A stretch of DNA of 64,000 bases from a virus: positions 1 to 64,000 of IMG/VR virus record IMGVR_UViG_3300035128_000056; one strand, 5' to 3'. Below the pieces are notes generated by a model that did no database searches, was not told the DNA's origin, and was given only the letters and a program-made list of their open reading frames with translations. This document shows, in pieces, positions 24,903 to 34,063 of this stretch. The translations under genes and the position numbers were made by a program. The number at the start of each line of letters is the position of its first letter. Positions within the stretch are counted from its first letter, which is position 1.

Positions 24903-26420
24903 TCAGGCGGCGACCTGTCGAATGAGGTTGGCGAGCTGCAGTTGGTGCGGCCGCACGATGCATGGGAAAATCGTGTCGATCCGCTTCGGCGTACTACTCG
25001 AGTTGTAGGCGCTGATGGGAACCGACTCGTTGCCGTCGTCGTCCTCTGCCATCAGGTAGCCGGCGGTGACTAGGTCCTCGTGGAGCTTCGTCGCCGACGC
25101 ATTCCACAGGCTCGGGGTGCCGACGCCTTCGATCTGCGGGCGCCCATCGGGCAGGTCTGGGCCGACGCCTGGGTTCGACTCAAGGAACTCCTGCGACAGC
25201 GCCCCCAACTGCTCCCGAGCGTACTGCGGGACCGTGACGCACTGGGTGCCCCAGCAGCGGTCGTCGGGGTCCGTGCCATTCAGGCTGTAGGTGGTGATCG
25301 AGTAGACGATCCTGGTCGTCCCAGCGAACGGCATGACGGGAGTTACTCCGGCGGCCAGAGCCACGTTCAGTTCAGCATGCGAAGGAATGTCCGCCGCCAA
25401 TTGTGGGTTGGTCGTCCAGAGCTTCGAAGCCGGGTCGTTGAAGGTGCCAGCTGCGCGCACGTTCGGGTTCTGCTGCTCGTAGACCGCCCGAACCGCAGCT
25501 ACGCGCGCCGCGATCTGACTCGAATGGCGCACCGAGTAGCGGCACCAGGCAAGTTGGCAGAGGAAAGCGTTCAGCGTCGTCTGGGCGATGCTTGCGGCAG
25601 CCGAATAGGCTCCGTTGTGGCCGACAACGCCCTGCTCCAGGTGCTCAACGAGCGCCCCGGATTGAGCGTCCAGGTAGGTCTCCAGCAGAGCTGCGTTTGT
25701 GGCATCATTCTGCGCGAATGCGATCCGCTTGTACTCCGCGTTCTCCAGCAATCCGAGTACCGTCGTGGCGTTGTCTGCTCCGGACCCGCCGGTGAACGGC
25801 ACCATGCCGGACGTCGTGGGGGTTCCACCAGCGTGCGCAGTTGAGTTTCCAGTCGGAGCTTCGGTGGTGATGAGCTTCGTGTAGAAGTCATTCATCCGGA
25901 CACCCTTGCTCTTCGTAGTGAGCGTCACCGTATAATCAGGGCCGGCACCCTTCGCTGCAGTGTAGCCAAGCTTCGTCTTGGCGTTGATCGCTGCGACGCA
26001 GTTGTCGGCGGTGTTCTCCTTCGACGCGGTGTCTACGGCCCAGGAAATCTCTCCCTGCTCTGTCCACAGGTAGAGGGTTCCAGCCCCGCTCCCGAGCGTG
26101 GTCCAGGTCAGGGTCTGGGTTCCTGCTTGTGCGCCACCCGCCTCCGCAACCGGGGCCAGGACGCAGACAGCACCGGCAGCGATCACCTCGTAGGCCTGTA
26201 GAGCGCACTCAGATCCAGGCCCCACGTAGGCGTCGACGTCGGCGTCCGAGTAGGCATACTCGACGTCTTGGTCGGCCGTCATCGATCCAGCGGACGTTTT
26301 GGTGCCAGTGCACGCAACGATCCACACGCCTTCTCCAGTGGAGCGGCCCTGCGCGTATTGGTTCTCTTGCGCGACAATCGGCACGCGACCGATGCTTGCG
26401 GACAGGGTGAACAGGGGCAT
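24903..26420 (-). CDS. Tail sheath protein
   Basis: 505 aa. Precedes the tube gene. Size and order match Mu gpL/P2 FI-type sheaths. Confidence 0.65.
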   Translation of the reverse strand: MPLFTLSASIGRVPIVAQENQYAQGRSTGEGVWIVACTGTKTSAGSMTADQDVEYAYSDADVDAYVGPGSECALQAYEVIAAGAVCVLAPVAEAGGAQAGTQTLTWTTLGSGAGTLYLWTEQGEISWAVDTASKENTADNCVAAINAKTKLGYTAAKGAGPDYTVTLTTKSKGVRMNDFYTKLITTEAPTGNSTAHAGGTPTTSGMVPFTGGSGADNATTVLGLLENAEYKRIAFAQNDATNAALLETYLDAQSGALVEHLEQGVVGHNGAYSAAASIAQTTLNAFLCQLAWCRYSVRHSSQIAARVAAVRAVYEQQNPNVRAAGTFNDPASKLWTTNPQLAADIPSHAELNVALAAGVTPVMPFAGTTRIVYSITTYSLNGTDPDDRCWGTQCVTVPQYAREQLGALSQEFLESNPGVGPDLPDGRPQIEGVGTPSLWNASATKLHEDLVTAGYLMAEDDDGNESVPISAYNSSSTPKRIDTIFPCIVRPHQLQLANLIRQVAA

Positions 26421-26442
26421 TCTTGTCTACTCCTCGATGGTT

Positions 26443-26967
26443 TCAGGGCTTCGCCTTGCGGCCGCTGGACTTGGTGTCGGGCTTCGGAGTGGGCTCCGGT
26501 TCTGGATCTGGTGCAGCGTCGGGCTGCGTCGCCTTCGGAGCATCGCCCTTCCACAGCGGATCAACCTCGCACCCTTGGCGCTTCCGCCAGGATTCGCGCA
26601 CCTCGTCCGGAGCAACGAACTTGATCCCGCACGCCTTCGCCGTCTCCGCGTTCGCGGCTAGCAGCACGCCGTCAGCGACCTGGAGTCGATTGTAGCGGGT
26701 GTCAGCGATCTCGATGTCTCCAGGATCGAAGACGTAGCGAATGTGGACCTTGGCCTTCGTGAAGCGTCCGATCTCTGGATCGCCAGGGGGGGCCTCGCGC
26801 TCGACCTCTGGGTTCGACGCGCGTCTGGCGCCGATGAACTCGGTGGGGCGGAAGAGTTGCCCATTCCGACCCTTCACGAACTCGTGGGCGGCAACGCCGC
26901 ACGGACACCCGTGGTGGTCGAGTGCGAAGAATGGATTGGTGCGCACGCGCAGTGTTTTTGCGCTCAT
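26443..26967 (-). CDS. Hypothetical protein upstream of sheath, Pro/Glu-rich tail
   Basis: 174 aa ORF. ATGA-type overlap with the DUF2158-like gene. C-terminus PDAAPDPEPEPTPKPDTK. Confidence 0.5.
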   Translation of the reverse strand: MSAKTLRVRTNPFFALDHHGCPCGVAAHEFVKGRNGQLFRPTEFIGARRASNPEVEREAPPGDPEIGRFTKAKVHIRYVFDPGDIEIADTRYNRLQVADGVLLAANAETAKACGIKFVAPDEVRESWRKRQGCEVDPLWKGDAPKATQPDAAPDPEPEPTPKPDTKSSGRKAKP

Positions 26968-27146
26968 TGATCTTCACCCTTCGTGACCGTCAGAGCGATC
27001 GGCGCGAAGTCCTTTTCCACAACGGCGTTGCCGTCTGACCAGATGCACGCGACTCGACCGGATTGGATCGCCACAACCGTCATCTTCGGGCCACCGCTGC
27101 GCAGCATGACAACGTCGCCTGGCTTCGGAGATGTTCCGGAGCTCAT
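26964..27146 (-). CDS. DUF2158-like small protein
   Basis: Start at MSSGTSPKPGDVVMLRSGGPKMTVV (ATG 27146). The GD-V-L-SGGP-MTV pattern is typical of the YodC/DUF2158 family as recalled. Confidence 0.5.
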   Translation of the reverse strand: MSSGTSPKPGDVVMLRSGGPKMTVVAIQSGRVACIWSDGNAVVEKDFAPIALTVTKGEDQ

Positions 27147-27247
27147 GCAGCACCCCTCTCCGCGTGAGCGCGCTCCAGGTTGATGGTCCCCTGCAAGCCA
27201 TCGGCAGCAGTGACAAAATCCTGGATCGGTGTCCCTTCGATCTTCAT
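27143..27247 (-). CDS. Small unlisted ORF (34 aa, MKIEGTPIQDFVTAADGLQGTINLERAHAERGAA)
   Basis: Below the ORF-track cutoff. ATG 27247. Its TGA overlaps the ATG of the DUF2158-like gene (ATGA at 27146-27143). Confidence 0.3.
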   Translation of the reverse strand: MKIEGTPIQDFVTAADGLQGTINLERAHAERGAA

Positions 27248-27294
27248 CGTTACCCCGCTTGCTGTGCGCCGGCGTTGGCTCGGCGCGGTGGTCG

Positions 27295-28020
27295 CTAGCT
27301 CGCTGTACGAACTGTTGTCTGCACGAACACCGGGTCATCACCCGGCTCGTTGATCACTGTCTGGATCTGAGTACCCAACCCGCTTTGCGTCCCTGGCACG
27401 TGGTTCTCGCGCGTGGCAATCTGCCAGAGGAGCCCGGACATTTGCTGAGTACCGATGCTCACCTCGGTGAACTTGATGTCGCCTTCAGGCTCGACGATCC
27501 AGAACCCGCCCTGGTCGAGCAGGCTCGAGCCGTAGGTGGCCGCGTAGGGGTCGGTGTCGCCATCCACGACCCATGCCGGGTGGCGCCCGTCGAGCTCGAG
27601 CAGAGCCTTGGTCAGCGCCGCCGCCACCCCATTGGCGATCGGAGCCATCTGGGTGCCCAGCAGCTCATCCGCCGGGGGGAAGACCCACAGGCACATGATG
27701 GTGGAGGTGGACCCACGATAGCCGTCCTCGAACCGTTGGGGGGTAATGGACCCGCGCCAGCAGAAGAGCGACGGCAGCCAGTTCGCCTCAAGTAGGTCCT
27801 CCCGCGGATCGTGCGGGTAGGCCTTGCGGCAGACGCTGTCCTCGACGGGAAAGTCGGTGGTGAAGGCGTCGTCCAGCTCGGCGACGAGGACGGCCTTCAA
27901 GAAGTCGGCCAGGACCACCAGCCCGGGGTCGGTGATCGCCGGAGAGGTATCGGCTGGATCTACTGGCTCGGCGCCGCGACTGACGGCCGGGAGCGGTGCG
28001 ATGCCGTGGTAGTCGGTCAT
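27295..28020 (-). CDS. Hypothetical head-tail joining / tail completion region protein
   Basis: 241 aa ORF with good GC3, located between connector genes and the sheath block. Confidence 0.5.
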   Translation of the reverse strand: MTDYHGIAPLPAVSRGAEPVDPADTSPAITDPGLVVLADFLKAVLVAELDDAFTTDFPVEDSVCRKAYPHDPREDLLEANWLPSLFCWRGSITPQRFEDGYRGSTSTIMCLWVFPPADELLGTQMAPIANGVAAALTKALLELDGRHPAWVVDGDTDPYAATYGSSLLDQGGFWIVEPEGDIKFTEVSIGTQQMSGLLWQIATRENHVPGTQSGLGTQIQTVINEPGDDPVFVQTTVRTAS

Positions 28021-28100
28021 GGCATGTGACGATTCGTACCCAGTACGACAAAACTCAGATCGGGCAGTGTACTGTCACATTCGACTGCCAAGATTGGCCT

Positions 28101-28349
28101 ATGACTAGATTGCAAAGGTACTGCCGCTCGGTCGTTTTGCGTGAACTGCGGCGCGGCCCAAGAACGTGGCCAGAATTGCGCAAAACGTGCTCCTGCATCT
28201 CTCGATCTGAACTGCTCGCAACGCTGAAGGTTCTGGTTTACGAGAAGCGGATCACAGAGAAGAAGTCTTGGAATTGGTGCCGGCGCGCATGGTGTCTCAG
28301 TTCCAGCGCGCAGCGATCGACACCCACCCGCGTTCCACCGTCTGAATAA
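28101..28349 (+). CDS. Small winged-helix-like DNA-binding protein (opposite-strand moron)
   Basis: ATG 28101 within track ORF 27996..28349. VVLRELRRGPRTWPELRKTCSCISRSELLATLKVLVYEKRI resembles a wHTH. It sits in a visibly lower-GC 276-nt gap between minus-strand genes and its 3' end overlaps the convergent gp10-like gene. Confidence 0.4.
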   Translation: MTRLQRYCRSVVLRELRRGPRTWPELRKTCSCISRSELLATLKVLVYEKRITEKKSWNWCRRAWCLSSSAQRSTPTRVPPSE

Positions 28350-28797
28350 GCGTCTTCTGGGCCTCGAGCGACCCGGGCGCCATGAACGGCTGGGGCTGCG
28401 TGCCGGGGTGGTTGACTGAGAAGCCCTCGAACACTCCGCCAATCACTGGCCAATAGAAGACCAACTGGAAGGCTCTGGATGCCCGGATCGGGTGCGGGCG
28501 GGTTCCATCCTCGACGTACCTGGAGTACGGTGTCGGTGACACGAACTCCCACTCGGACCCGAATGGAACCGCGCGATCGAATCTGACCGTGATCTCACGC
28601 TTCAGCCGGCCGCCGCGGTAGCTACTCCCATCGAGGTTGTAGTACGTCCCAACCGGCGCCCGTTCCTTCGCTCGGTCACGCCCCGCCTTCGCTGCGTCGC
28701 GCGCCGCCCGCATGCACAGGCCCGCCGCCGCCCGCTTCGTCTGGTCGCGGAGGCGGTAAAACTCGGACAGGTCGACGGTGGCAGTCGCAGAAAGCAC
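28297..28797 (-). CDS. HK97 gp10-family head-tail protein
   Basis: 166 aa, GTG start. Motifs YSRYVEDGTRPH and QPFMAPG match the gp10-family pattern as recalled. Confidence 0.5.
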   Translation of the reverse strand: MLSATATVDLSEFYRLRDQTKRAAAGLCMRAARDAAKAGRDRAKERAPVGTYYNLDGSSYRGGRLKREITVRFDRAVPFGSEWEFVSPTPYSRYVEDGTRPHPIRASRAFQLVFYWPVIGGVFEGFSVNHPGTQPQPFMAPGSLEAQKTLIQTVERGWVSIAARWN

Positions 28798-28875
28798 GGA
28801 CTCGGAACCCCAGCAGGTGGCATCGGTAGATGTGGATCGGCATCCCGGGAGGGCGCGGAAGAGGGCGCTTGCCCA

Positions 28876-29349
28876 TCAGTAATCTGAAAATCCTCCGATC
28901 CGAAACGTGTTGAGCGAGGCGGCGGACGTCGCCGACGGGCTGACCGTGCCCCCCACGTTCTCAGGCTCGACAGTGTCGTCCTCGATGTCGAGCTTGGTGA
29001 AGGCCTCCCGCAGGAGCTTGAGCTCCGCGTTGTTGGCCTTCATCAGCTCCATCCAGTCGTGCTCAGGGGCCGCCCTCGGATGGCGTTTGACCGCCATCCA
29101 TTCGAAGGCGTCGAGGGTGAGGCGGACAACCTCGTGGACCTTGTTCTCGCCGAGACGAGTGGCGACCACATCGAGGTCGTAGTTCCCCTGCATGTATCCC
29201 GCAACCTTGCTGGTGGCGTCGTTCATCAACTGCGTGACGACGTCGGTGTCAGCGGTGCCGTCACGGTTGTCGTCCATCAGGCGCTTCAGCAACTGTGCGC
29301 TGATGCGGTTCGTCGCCTGCGCCTGGGTGATGAACGTGTACTCGGCCAT
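28876..29349 (-). CDS. Mu gp36-like (DUF1320) head-tail connector protein
   Basis: 157 aa. LLKRLMDDNRDGTADTDVVTQLMNDATSKVAGYMQGNYDL fits the DUF1320 N-terminal pattern. Lies downstream of the capsid gene. Confidence 0.5.
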   Translation of the reverse strand: MAEYTFITQAQATNRISAQLLKRLMDDNRDGTADTDVVTQLMNDATSKVAGYMQGNYDLDVVATRLGENKVHEVVRLTLDAFEWMAVKRHPRAAPEHDWMELMKANNAELKLLREAFTKLDIEDDTVEPENVGGTVSPSATSAASLNTFRIGGFSDY

Positions 29350-29356
29350 GGGTTAC

Positions 29357-29773
29357 TCAAACCGGCTCCACCGCGTCGCCCAGCGACCGCGCGTCGTCCT
29401 CGGAGATGTCGATCTCGGTTCCGGGCTGGTGGTGGGTCCGATCCTTCAGGACACTGCCAGGGCCCCGCACACGGTAGCGACCCGCCTTGCGCTTCTCCGC
29501 TGGGACAGGCTTGGGTGGAGGTTCCCCAAGAGCCACTGCGGCACCGAGTTTCTCTGCCTCTTCCTTGGTGAGCTCGAGAAGCTCCCCAGGTGGCAAAGGC
29601 TTCCCACCGATGAGGACCGAGCCGGGTCCAACAACATGGTAGATGTCGGTCTTCACCTTGGACTCGGTGACATTGGTGGTGACGGTCTCACTTGAGACCG
29701 GTTCGCTCGCGGCGGTCGGGGAACTCTTGGAGTCCGTCCGACCGCCATCCCTATTGCTACGCCCCGCTGCCAT
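29357..29773 (-). CDS. Hypothetical protein with internal duplication
   Basis: 138 aa with two related segments, IYHVVGPGSVLIGGKPLPPGE...EEAEKLGAAV and RYRVRGPGSVLKDRTHHQPGTE...DDARSLGDAV. Confidence 0.5.
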   Translation of the reverse strand: MAAGRSNRDGGRTDSKSSPTAASEPVSSETVTTNVTESKVKTDIYHVVGPGSVLIGGKPLPPGELLELTKEEAEKLGAAVALGEPPPKPVPAEKRKAGRYRVRGPGSVLKDRTHHQPGTEIDISEDDARSLGDAVEPV

Positions 29774-29783
29774 GGCTCACCGA

Positions 29784-30917
29784 TCAGGTGTTGATGACCG
29801 TGGTGTAGAGGTAGCCGCAGGACGCCGAGACGACCTTGTGTGAGTCGGCGTGCGCGACCTTCGAAATGAACTCGCCCCATCCGCCAGAGTCCGGGTTGAA
29901 GAACTCAGTCTCCGCGAACGGTTCCTGCAGTGTGATGCCGAAGCACGCCTGCTTGATCGCCGGCATCTGCGAGACGCGGACAACGCCGAACACGGTGTCC
30001 GTCCAGCATCGGCTGTAGCTGGCAGTTGCGCCGCGGAGCGACGTGTTCAGCCGAGCCCTGCCCACATACAGGTCGTCGAGGTCCAGCCATGCCGCCACTT
30101 GCTGCCGCGAGAGCAGCGGATCGCCGGTTGCCCGGTACTTGTACATGTCGAGCGCGGCTGGGTGCCGGCGCAGCACGTTCCAAGCGGCGACGCCGCAGAA
30201 CCCAACGGTTCGGTTGAGGCTGCTGCCAAGGAGCAGCGTATCCTTCGCCGTTGCGACGGCGCCGGTTGGGTCGCCTCCACCAGCAGCGTTCCAGCGATCA
30301 CCCGCAGCGATTGCCGAGGTGTTCGAGCCGTAGTTGCTGGACGTGCAAGCAGCAGTGGCGATACGACTTTCCTGGCGAGCCAGAAGCGCGTCCATCACCG
30401 ATGCCAGCGGGTCGAGCAGCAACCTAACGACGTTGTCCATCGCCGCCTGCGTGCGAGCATCGACTCGATCCTCGAGCGCATGCGGGTTCATGGTGGCGGA
30501 GTCCTTGGTCAGGCCCGCGCTCACTTGGTTGACGCTGCCGTCGGTTCCGATGGTGTCGTCGGGAGCGGTCAGCGCAGTCTCAGCGCTCTCCACCCAGTAT
30601 TCCGCGGCGCCGGTTCCAGCCGCCACCGGGACACGAGGCATGACCTCCAGCCCGACATACTCGTCGTTCGCGTACTTGACCGCGAACTCCTGCAGTACAG
30701 GGGTGGTCTGGACGTCGCCGACCGTGAGGGCCTTCATGACCGCTTCTGGACTGACCTTGCCGGACTTGCGAGCCGCCATGAACTTCAGCGCCTCGTTCAT
30801 CTCTGACAGGTCCTTCGCCACCTCGGAGGGGACGCTGGACGGATTGTTGAGCGCCTTGAGCAGACGCTCTCGGTAGGCCTTGAATTCCTTGCCGCGGGGG
30901 GTCTCATTGAGTGCCAT
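29784..30917 (-). CDS. Major capsid protein
   Basis: 377 aa. Follows the protease-scaffold and decoration-like genes. High expression-type codon bias. Family not assignable by eye. Confidence 0.65.
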   Translation of the reverse strand: MALNETPRGKEFKAYRERLLKALNNPSSVPSEVAKDLSEMNEALKFMAARKSGKVSPEAVMKALTVGDVQTTPVLQEFAVKYANDEYVGLEVMPRVPVAAGTGAAEYWVESAETALTAPDDTIGTDGSVNQVSAGLTKDSATMNPHALEDRVDARTQAAMDNVVRLLLDPLASVMDALLARQESRIATAACTSSNYGSNTSAIAAGDRWNAAGGGDPTGAVATAKDTLLLGSSLNRTVGFCGVAAWNVLRRHPAALDMYKYRATGDPLLSRQQVAAWLDLDDLYVGRARLNTSLRGATASYSRCWTDTVFGVVRVSQMPAIKQACFGITLQEPFAETEFFNPDSGGWGEFISKVAHADSHKVVSASCGYLYTTVINT

Positions 30918-30947
30918 TTTCTGGTTCTCCTTATTCTGTTCCGCGAC

Positions 30948-31400
30948 TTACGAAGCCGTGACGGAGACGCACCCGGCGCCCAGGTTGACGAGAGGGAGTT
31001 CGCCGGCCGCGGTCGCTGTTTCCTCGACCTGGCCAATCACGTTGCAAAGCGCCGTTCCGGCACCGAGCGTTACGTCCACCGCTCCGCCGCTACCTGGACA
31101 GCACATGCCTCCAGCGGTGAGTCCGGCTGCAGTCGATCGGACCGGGATCGCGCAAGGCGAACCGCGCTTCACCACGGTGACTCGCTCACCAGCCGTCGCC
31201 GTCCATGGGCGCGTGTCGGTGGGAAGAATGTCTTCGTTCACGTAGGCGATGCCGATGTACAGGTCGTCATCGGAATCGCACTCGACAATCGCCGTGCCTG
31301 ACAGCATGACTGCCATGCCCTGGCGAACTTCGTTGCTGGTAGCGACCAAGTAGGTGCGCTTGTAGGCCGCAGGGATGTTGTACCCTTCCTGAAGAGACAT
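30948..31400 (-). CDS. Head decoration / DUF2190-like protein
   Basis: 150 aa, Gly/Ala/Val-rich. Position between protease and capsid genes is typical of DUF2190 decoration proteins. Confidence 0.45.
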   Translation of the reverse strand: MSLQEGYNIPAAYKRTYLVATSNEVRQGMAVMLSGTAIVECDSDDDLYIGIAYVNEDILPTDTRPWTATAGERVTVVKRGSPCAIPVRSTAAGLTAGGMCCPGSGGAVDVTLGAGTALCNVIGQVEETATAAGELPLVNLGAGCVSVTAS

Positions 31401-31435
31401 CAGTAGGCTCCTGTGTGTTGGTTGTTAGATGGCCT

Positions 31436-32623
31436 TCAGCTGGCCTGGTTGAGGTACTCGCTGGTGGCCTTTCCAGAGCCGTCAGCAACGGTCGGATCGG
31501 GGAGCGTCGACTTGGTCGTGTCCTCCGGAATCTTGGTCTTGCCGGTGGAGAGGTCGGCGCGGCGCTCCATGCGCTCCGCGAACTTCTCCTTGCCGTAGGA
31601 CTTGCGGTCCTCGCGCATGTCGTCGATCTCGCTGGCGTGGAACTTCTTCCCAACCAGAGCCTTGAGTTCGGCTTCGATCGCCTCGCTCTCGAAGGTGTCG
31701 CGCTCAGCAGTCAGAGTCGCGATCGACTCTTGCGCCTTGGTGAGATCGGCCTTCACCGTGTCGCGCTCCTGCTCGGCAGAAGCGGCGCGCTCGGTTGCCT
31801 CGGTGGCCTTCGTCTCGTTCTGCTGCGCCAACTCCAGCGCGGCCTTCTCGTTGGTCTTGGATGCCTCGAGCTTCGCCTCGAGCTCCGCGACCTTTGCCTT
31901 GAACTCAGCTTCAGTCATGTCGCTTGTCTCCTGGCCGCTCGCGGCCTGTGAATCGTCGTCGCTCTCGAATTCGAGCGAGCGTTGTGCGCACTCTGCGGCG
32001 CGCTTTTCGAGGTATTCGCGGCGCGCTTCGCGGTCCTCTTCCGAGGAGTTCGCGACGGCGTTCGCATTCGCTCCGATCGGGCAGATCGAGAACTCGAACA
32101 ACTCGTTCTTGCTGAGGATGTAGACATCGGCGTCGTCGTGGGTTTCGCGCCTGACATCGTGTGGGAAGAAGCCCACGGAACCGGCTTTCAGAAACCCGCT
32201 ACTGACAAGCGCCCAAATCGCCTCGATGCGCTTGCCGTCGTCACCCATCTTCTGCGTGACGGACTCTGGAACGAACTCAACCTTTCCGATCAGGCGATAC
32301 CCCGAGGACTTATTCCCCTTCTTCTTCAGTGTGTCGTAGATGATTCGCCCGACGGGAAACGTGTCTCCTGGTTTCAGGCCGCTGCCACCGAGGAACCCCG
32401 CGCCGGTTTGCCTGTTGTGCGAATAGAGGACGGTCGGGTTGTTCTTGAACCGATCGAGGATCCATTCCTGTTCTACGATCTCGCCGTAGCTGTCGATTGA
32501 GTCGTCGCTGAGCACATAGTCGACGGTCCTGGACTCCTCGTCGATCGACAGAACATGAGCATCCGACCAAGAGCGTTCTAGCCTCTCGCTTCGAACGTCG
32601 TCGCGATTCGTTCGTACCGTCAT
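31436..32623 (-). CDS. Prohead protease (HK97 S78-like) fused to coiled-coil scaffold domain
   Basis: 395 aa. N-terminal half has TVLYSHNRQ and LKAGSVGFFP (His/Ser contexts of HK97-type proteases). C-terminal half is Glu/Lys/Ala-rich coiled coil. Confidence 0.6.
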   Translation of the reverse strand: MTVRTNRDDVRSERLERSWSDAHVLSIDEESRTVDYVLSDDSIDSYGEIVEQEWILDRFKNNPTVLYSHNRQTGAGFLGGSGLKPGDTFPVGRIIYDTLKKKGNKSSGYRLIGKVEFVPESVTQKMGDDGKRIEAIWALVSSGFLKAGSVGFFPHDVRRETHDDADVYILSKNELFEFSICPIGANANAVANSSEEDREARREYLEKRAAECAQRSLEFESDDDSQAASGQETSDMTEAEFKAKVAELEAKLEASKTNEKAALELAQQNETKATEATERAASAEQERDTVKADLTKAQESIATLTAERDTFESEAIEAELKALVGKKFHASEIDDMREDRKSYGKEKFAERMERRADLSTGKTKIPEDTTKSTLPDPTVADGSGKATSEYLNQAS

Positions 32624-32692
32624 CGTGTCACCACTGGCCGCGCTTCGCGGTCGATGTATCCGGGCTGGTGCCAGCGCTTCGCCTGTTTGGCG

Positions 32693-34048
32693 CTACGCGG
32701 CTTCTTTGACGTCTTCGCCGCTTCCGTCTCCGCCGCCTTCTGGCGAGGAGTCGCGTGGTTCGCAGAGTTCGTCTTCATCGGTAGGATCCGGGCAGCCGAT
32801 CTGATCTCGCACCCATCCCTGCGGGATTTTCACGCCGGCAGCGACGAGCAAGCTGACAACCTTGGCCATTATCTCGAGGTCGACACCGTCCTCGGTGTGG
32901 AACCTGAGAGTGCCGCGGCGCATTGAGTCGCCGTGGTTGAATGCGTAGTAGGGTTCGACCAGGCAGAGGTTGAGCGACTCCGCGATGCCGCGGGCGTCCC
33001 CCTCGTTGATCATGTGGAGAATGTTCTCGTGGATGTCACCGAGCGACCGGGCGCCTCGACTGCCTGCCTCGGTGGTGAGTGTCTGGCCGAGGACCGCCTT
33101 CGAAATCTCTTGGCCGAAGAACTCGCAGAGCTCACGGTGAACGCTCTGCAGATTCGATCCTGTGGACTTGGGCCACGAGACTTTCAGATCGACTGTTTCC
33201 GGGTAGGCGGCCCCACCCGATGCGGTCAGCGCCTCGATCGCCTCCTCAGCGAACGCGCGATCCTTCCCGTCTGATCCCTTCTTGTACTGGGCGAGCATCC
33301 AGGGCTTCCAGCCCATCTCGCCAGCAAGCGCCCAGTCCCTGACACCCCAGTTACGGTATACGAGATTCCAGACGATGGTGCGGGCCAGCCCCTCGCGGAC
33401 TGCCACGTCACCATTTACGCGGGGGCGGAAACAGATGAAGTTTCCTGGACCGTACTCCTCGAACAGGTCGATCCCCTTCGACTCCGGATCTTGGCCGGCC
33501 TCGACGAAGACGATCGATCCGTCGGTTCGCTTGAACCCGAAGCGGCGGCAGCTGATCGGTTTTGCCAGGATCGGAACTTCGCGCCCGGCGAGTTCTCCGG
33601 TCAGCTTGTATTCCCAAGCGATCTCCGCCCAGGCCCCGGTGGGGAAGAGATTACCTTCGCCGGCCAGATGTGCGAGCAGGACGTGCCAGCCACCGCAGGC
33701 GCGTAGCGCCTTCTCGCAGAGCAGCGCCTCGGCTTTCTCGTTCTCGTCGGCGTCCTCTGGCGGGTCGATCGACCACTTCAGACTGGCGAGAGAGAGCTCA
33801 CGGACACCCAACACCGCTTGGGTGTGGCCGTCCTTTTGGCGCCCCTCGTGGACCAGATCGACGAGTCGAGCCGGTCGGCCCACGTCCGCCTCGCGAATGA
33901 TGTTCGCGATCTGGTTGGGCATCAGCCCGCCGCCGATGCGGCTGAACTGGTTGTAGAGTTGGACTTCTGGGATCAGCAGAGCCCGCAGGGTGTTCGCGGC
34001 GCCTACCGCCACGCCTGCTGCGCGCTGTACGATGGAGAGAAAGCTCAC
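32693..34048 (-). CDS. Portal protein (Mu gp29/DUF935-like)
   Basis: 451 aa upstream of the protease-scaffold gene. Size and order are typical. Acidic C-terminus. Confidence 0.6.
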   Translation of the reverse strand: MSFLSIVQRAAGVAVGAANTLRALLIPEVQLYNQFSRIGGGLMPNQIANIIREADVGRPARLVDLVHEGRQKDGHTQAVLGVRELSLASLKWSIDPPEDADENEKAEALLCEKALRACGGWHVLLAHLAGEGNLFPTGAWAEIAWEYKLTGELAGREVPILAKPISCRRFGFKRTDGSIVFVEAGQDPESKGIDLFEEYGPGNFICFRPRVNGDVAVREGLARTIVWNLVYRNWGVRDWALAGEMGWKPWMLAQYKKGSDGKDRAFAEEAIEALTASGGAAYPETVDLKVSWPKSTGSNLQSVHRELCEFFGQEISKAVLGQTLTTEAGSRGARSLGDIHENILHMINEGDARGIAESLNLCLVEPYYAFNHGDSMRRGTLRFHTEDGVDLEIMAKVVSLLVAAGVKIPQGWVRDQIGCPDPTDEDELCEPRDSSPEGGGDGSGEDVKEAA

Positions 34049-34063
34049 GTATCCTCGCTGACG

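Noticed and set aside
27885-27905. Repeat-like fragment GCCTTCAAGAAGTCGG inside gene 27295..28020, resembling the CRISPR repeat loop/stem
   Set aside because: It shares only about 13 nt with an inserted AA, lies within a well-framed coding region, and lacks the 5' half of the repeat. This is likely chance.
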